From the NCBI RefSeq assembly GCF_009914755.1, contig NC_060926.1: a stretch of 64,000 bases of DNA, one strand, 5' to 3'. The stretch is from the human T2T-CHM13v2.0 reference genome, Homo sapiens. The notes beneath the pieces were generated by a model that did not search any database, had not been told where the DNA came from, and worked only from the letters and a program-made list of their open reading frames with translations. Below, piece after piece: positions 61,537 through 64,000 of this stretch (positions within the stretch are counted from its first letter, which is position 1; every line of letters starts with the position of its first letter). A program made the translations under genes and the position numbers.

Positions 61537-64000
61537 CAGGCCACAGCGCAGCTTCCTCCAGGCTGCAGGAGCACAGGTCTCTGACCCTGAGTCCCTCCTT
61601 TCCCCTGTCTCTCACCCCTCAAATCAGATGTGAAGAGCTCAGGCGATTTCAATCAGCACCCAAATAGTTGCCCTCTTGGTGAACTCGAAGCCAGCTGATT
61701 AGTGACTTTAATTACATTTGTGAAAAATCTTCACTGCCATGTCATGTATCACACAGGGTCTGCCACATCCCAGGGGAGGAAATAATCCAAGGCAGGTACA
61801 ACAGGGGGTGGAAATCCTTGGGCCACTTTAGAATTCTGCGTACCATAAATGTGTAAAAAGATGAAACTTTCTACAAGAGAAAGGAAGGTCACTCTGAGCT
61901 GCATTTTTGTTCAGGAACAGAGAACTCATTGAAACCCACAGGCAGAGCTTGTGCAAAGGGAGAGAGCAGAGAGAACGGCCAATCAGTGGAAAGTTACTCT
62001 TCCTGCTTGGAGGAGATATTTTCCTCTATTTTAAAGGCAGCTGTGATGTGATAAACACAAGAGAAGAGCAGCCCCACCCCCCCACCCCATGCACTGATTT
62101 CCAGGAGTGGGGCCATGAGCTGGGGGCCCCTGCTGCTCCTGCACCCCTCACCTGTGGTCCCCTGGGGGTTAGGTGACCTGCTGGGTCAGACACCAGCTCT
62201 CAGGGAGCCGCAACTCCTGGCATAGGTGCAATGTCTTGGAGTGACAGCAGATTTTTTCAGGCCTAGCTCTGAACTCTCCAAACACAAATCCTCCTAGAAG
62301 TCAGCACCCCTCAGTGCCTCACCCTGGAGCTTTGCCACATCACCATTTATTAAGAGAGGGATGCATCTGCCCTGCACACCCTGATGGGACAATTTCCACC
62401 CCACCAGCAAGGGGACATCAGTGTGTCCCCCCAGGGCCCTACTGGAGCACCCACCAAGAGGCCCCAAGTGCCCCTGGGGAGAGGGACCTTCAGGAACTCG
62501 TCACCTCTCACTGTGCCCCTCTGCTACTCACCGGTCACTCCCCAGAGCCCATCACAGTGACCCAGCACTCCTGAAATGTGAGTTCAATGCTTCAAACTTT
62601 CTGCAATACTGACTCTTCAGGTGGATGGTTCATGGTCCCTGAATTCATGATCAGTTATTAAAAATAATAAAATACTTCATCTGTAGGGTGCTTGTGGCTC
62701 CCAAAGTGTTTCCTAAGGGTGTACTACCCGAAATCAAAACAAGAAGGGCCCAAATCGTGGGCTCTAATGCTTCCCCAGTGCCCACCCCCCAGCATTCCAA
62801 CCAGACACAGAAGCCACCAGAAGCATGATCTTAACAAGCAGCATGCCAGCAGGGTTCCCCTAGCTCACAGAGCCCTGCAACCCCAGAACCTGCTTGGAGA
62901 CCCAGAGGGCAGCCCAGACGCCACCTCCAGCTTTCCCACCTCCATCTGGGCCGCCCTCCCAGCAATCTCGAGTCCTGGGGATCAGGGACCATCTTATTCC
63001 TCTTTGCAGGCCCAGGACCTGCCTGTGCCCAGCACAGTACATCTTTGTGGGATAAATGACAGGAGTAATGCATTCACTCTCAAAGCCTGAAGATTATCGA
63101 AACAGCCAGGGTCGGGAAGAGAAAAAGGTGAGCACGCAACGCATGGAGGGAGGGAAGCCAGGGCTGAGGGACACCTGGCGTGGACCCTGGGGAACCCGGC
63201 CTCCCTCCTGCCCACTGCCCTGCCCCACCAGGGCCTTGCACTTGAGGGTCCGGGGTCTCTCAAGCCCTGTGACCCTGTGCGGGAGCACTCTGTTCCTGTC
63301 TTCAATCTTTTTGTGTTTTTAATGCATATCTCTCTCATTCAGTCTCTTGTTTTCTTTTCCCCTAAACCCAGTGGTACAAAAACCAAGGGGGGTGAGATTG
63401 TATCTCTGTTTGTTTTGATGGATTGAACATTTTCTTTCCTTGTTCTACATTTTTCAGATTTCTGGGGATTGTTTTCCACCTCTTGATGTTATCTGGGCTC
63501 TGGCCAACAGCAACACACACTCTGCCGGTGCCTGAGGGCGGAGTGCGGAAGCAGGGGGCTCAACTTTTGGCTAAATTTAGCTTCTCTTGGGCAGATTTAT
63601 CTCCATTAATCATAACCAAGCGGAGTTGCTGGAAACTGTGCTTCCCTCGATCCAGCCGCCTGCGTGAATAAGTACTTCCATCCCAGAGAGGATTTCCTGG
63701 AGCGAATGCCAATAGTCTCCCTAAACAGCCAGGCAAGCCACAGCAAACAAACAAAAACAACCAAAAACAAAAGGAGCAGCAGCAGCTGGCACAGAGGCGG
63801 GTGCTCAGCCTTGTTTTATCCGCAGGTCCCGCACCAAGGAAGTGGAGAAACACACGAGGCTCCCTCAGGCTGGATCCCTGTGTCCCAAGACAGCCAGAGA
63901 AGGGGACGGGGACACTGCCCAGCTGTGGGCACCTGCACTTGGAGGTCACCCCACCACCGCCTGGGAAAGCCTCGAAGCCTCATAGCACAGGGGTGGCCAG

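Overview
This is primate (probably human or other great ape) nuclear genomic DNA, intergenic or intronic. I found no credible protein-coding exon, RNA gene, CRISPR array or prokaryotic system. The ORF track is explained by L1/Alu remnants, low-complexity repeats and chance GC-rich frames. Roughly half the window is transposable elements: AluJ/S/Y, L1PA, L1PB, L1MA, older L1M, MST/THE1/MLT MaLR LTRs, MER52/MER4/MER57 ERV1 LTRs, L2 and MIR. Many have readable target-site duplications (TSDs). The main structures are: (i) a four-level nest, old L1M > near full-length L1MA > L1PB with most of ORF2 deleted > Alus (21.5-34.9 kb); (ii) a twin-primed L1PA inside a MER52 LTR; (iii) a 48-bp VNTR plus ~170-bp flank present twice, ~5 kb apart in direct orientation, bracketing a CpG-rich patch and a 3.5-kb almost G-free CA-rich tract; (iv) a 1.1-kb degenerate ~16-bp repeat; (v) two AT-rich islands I cannot assign. 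Subfamily names come from recalled consensus features, not from a database search.
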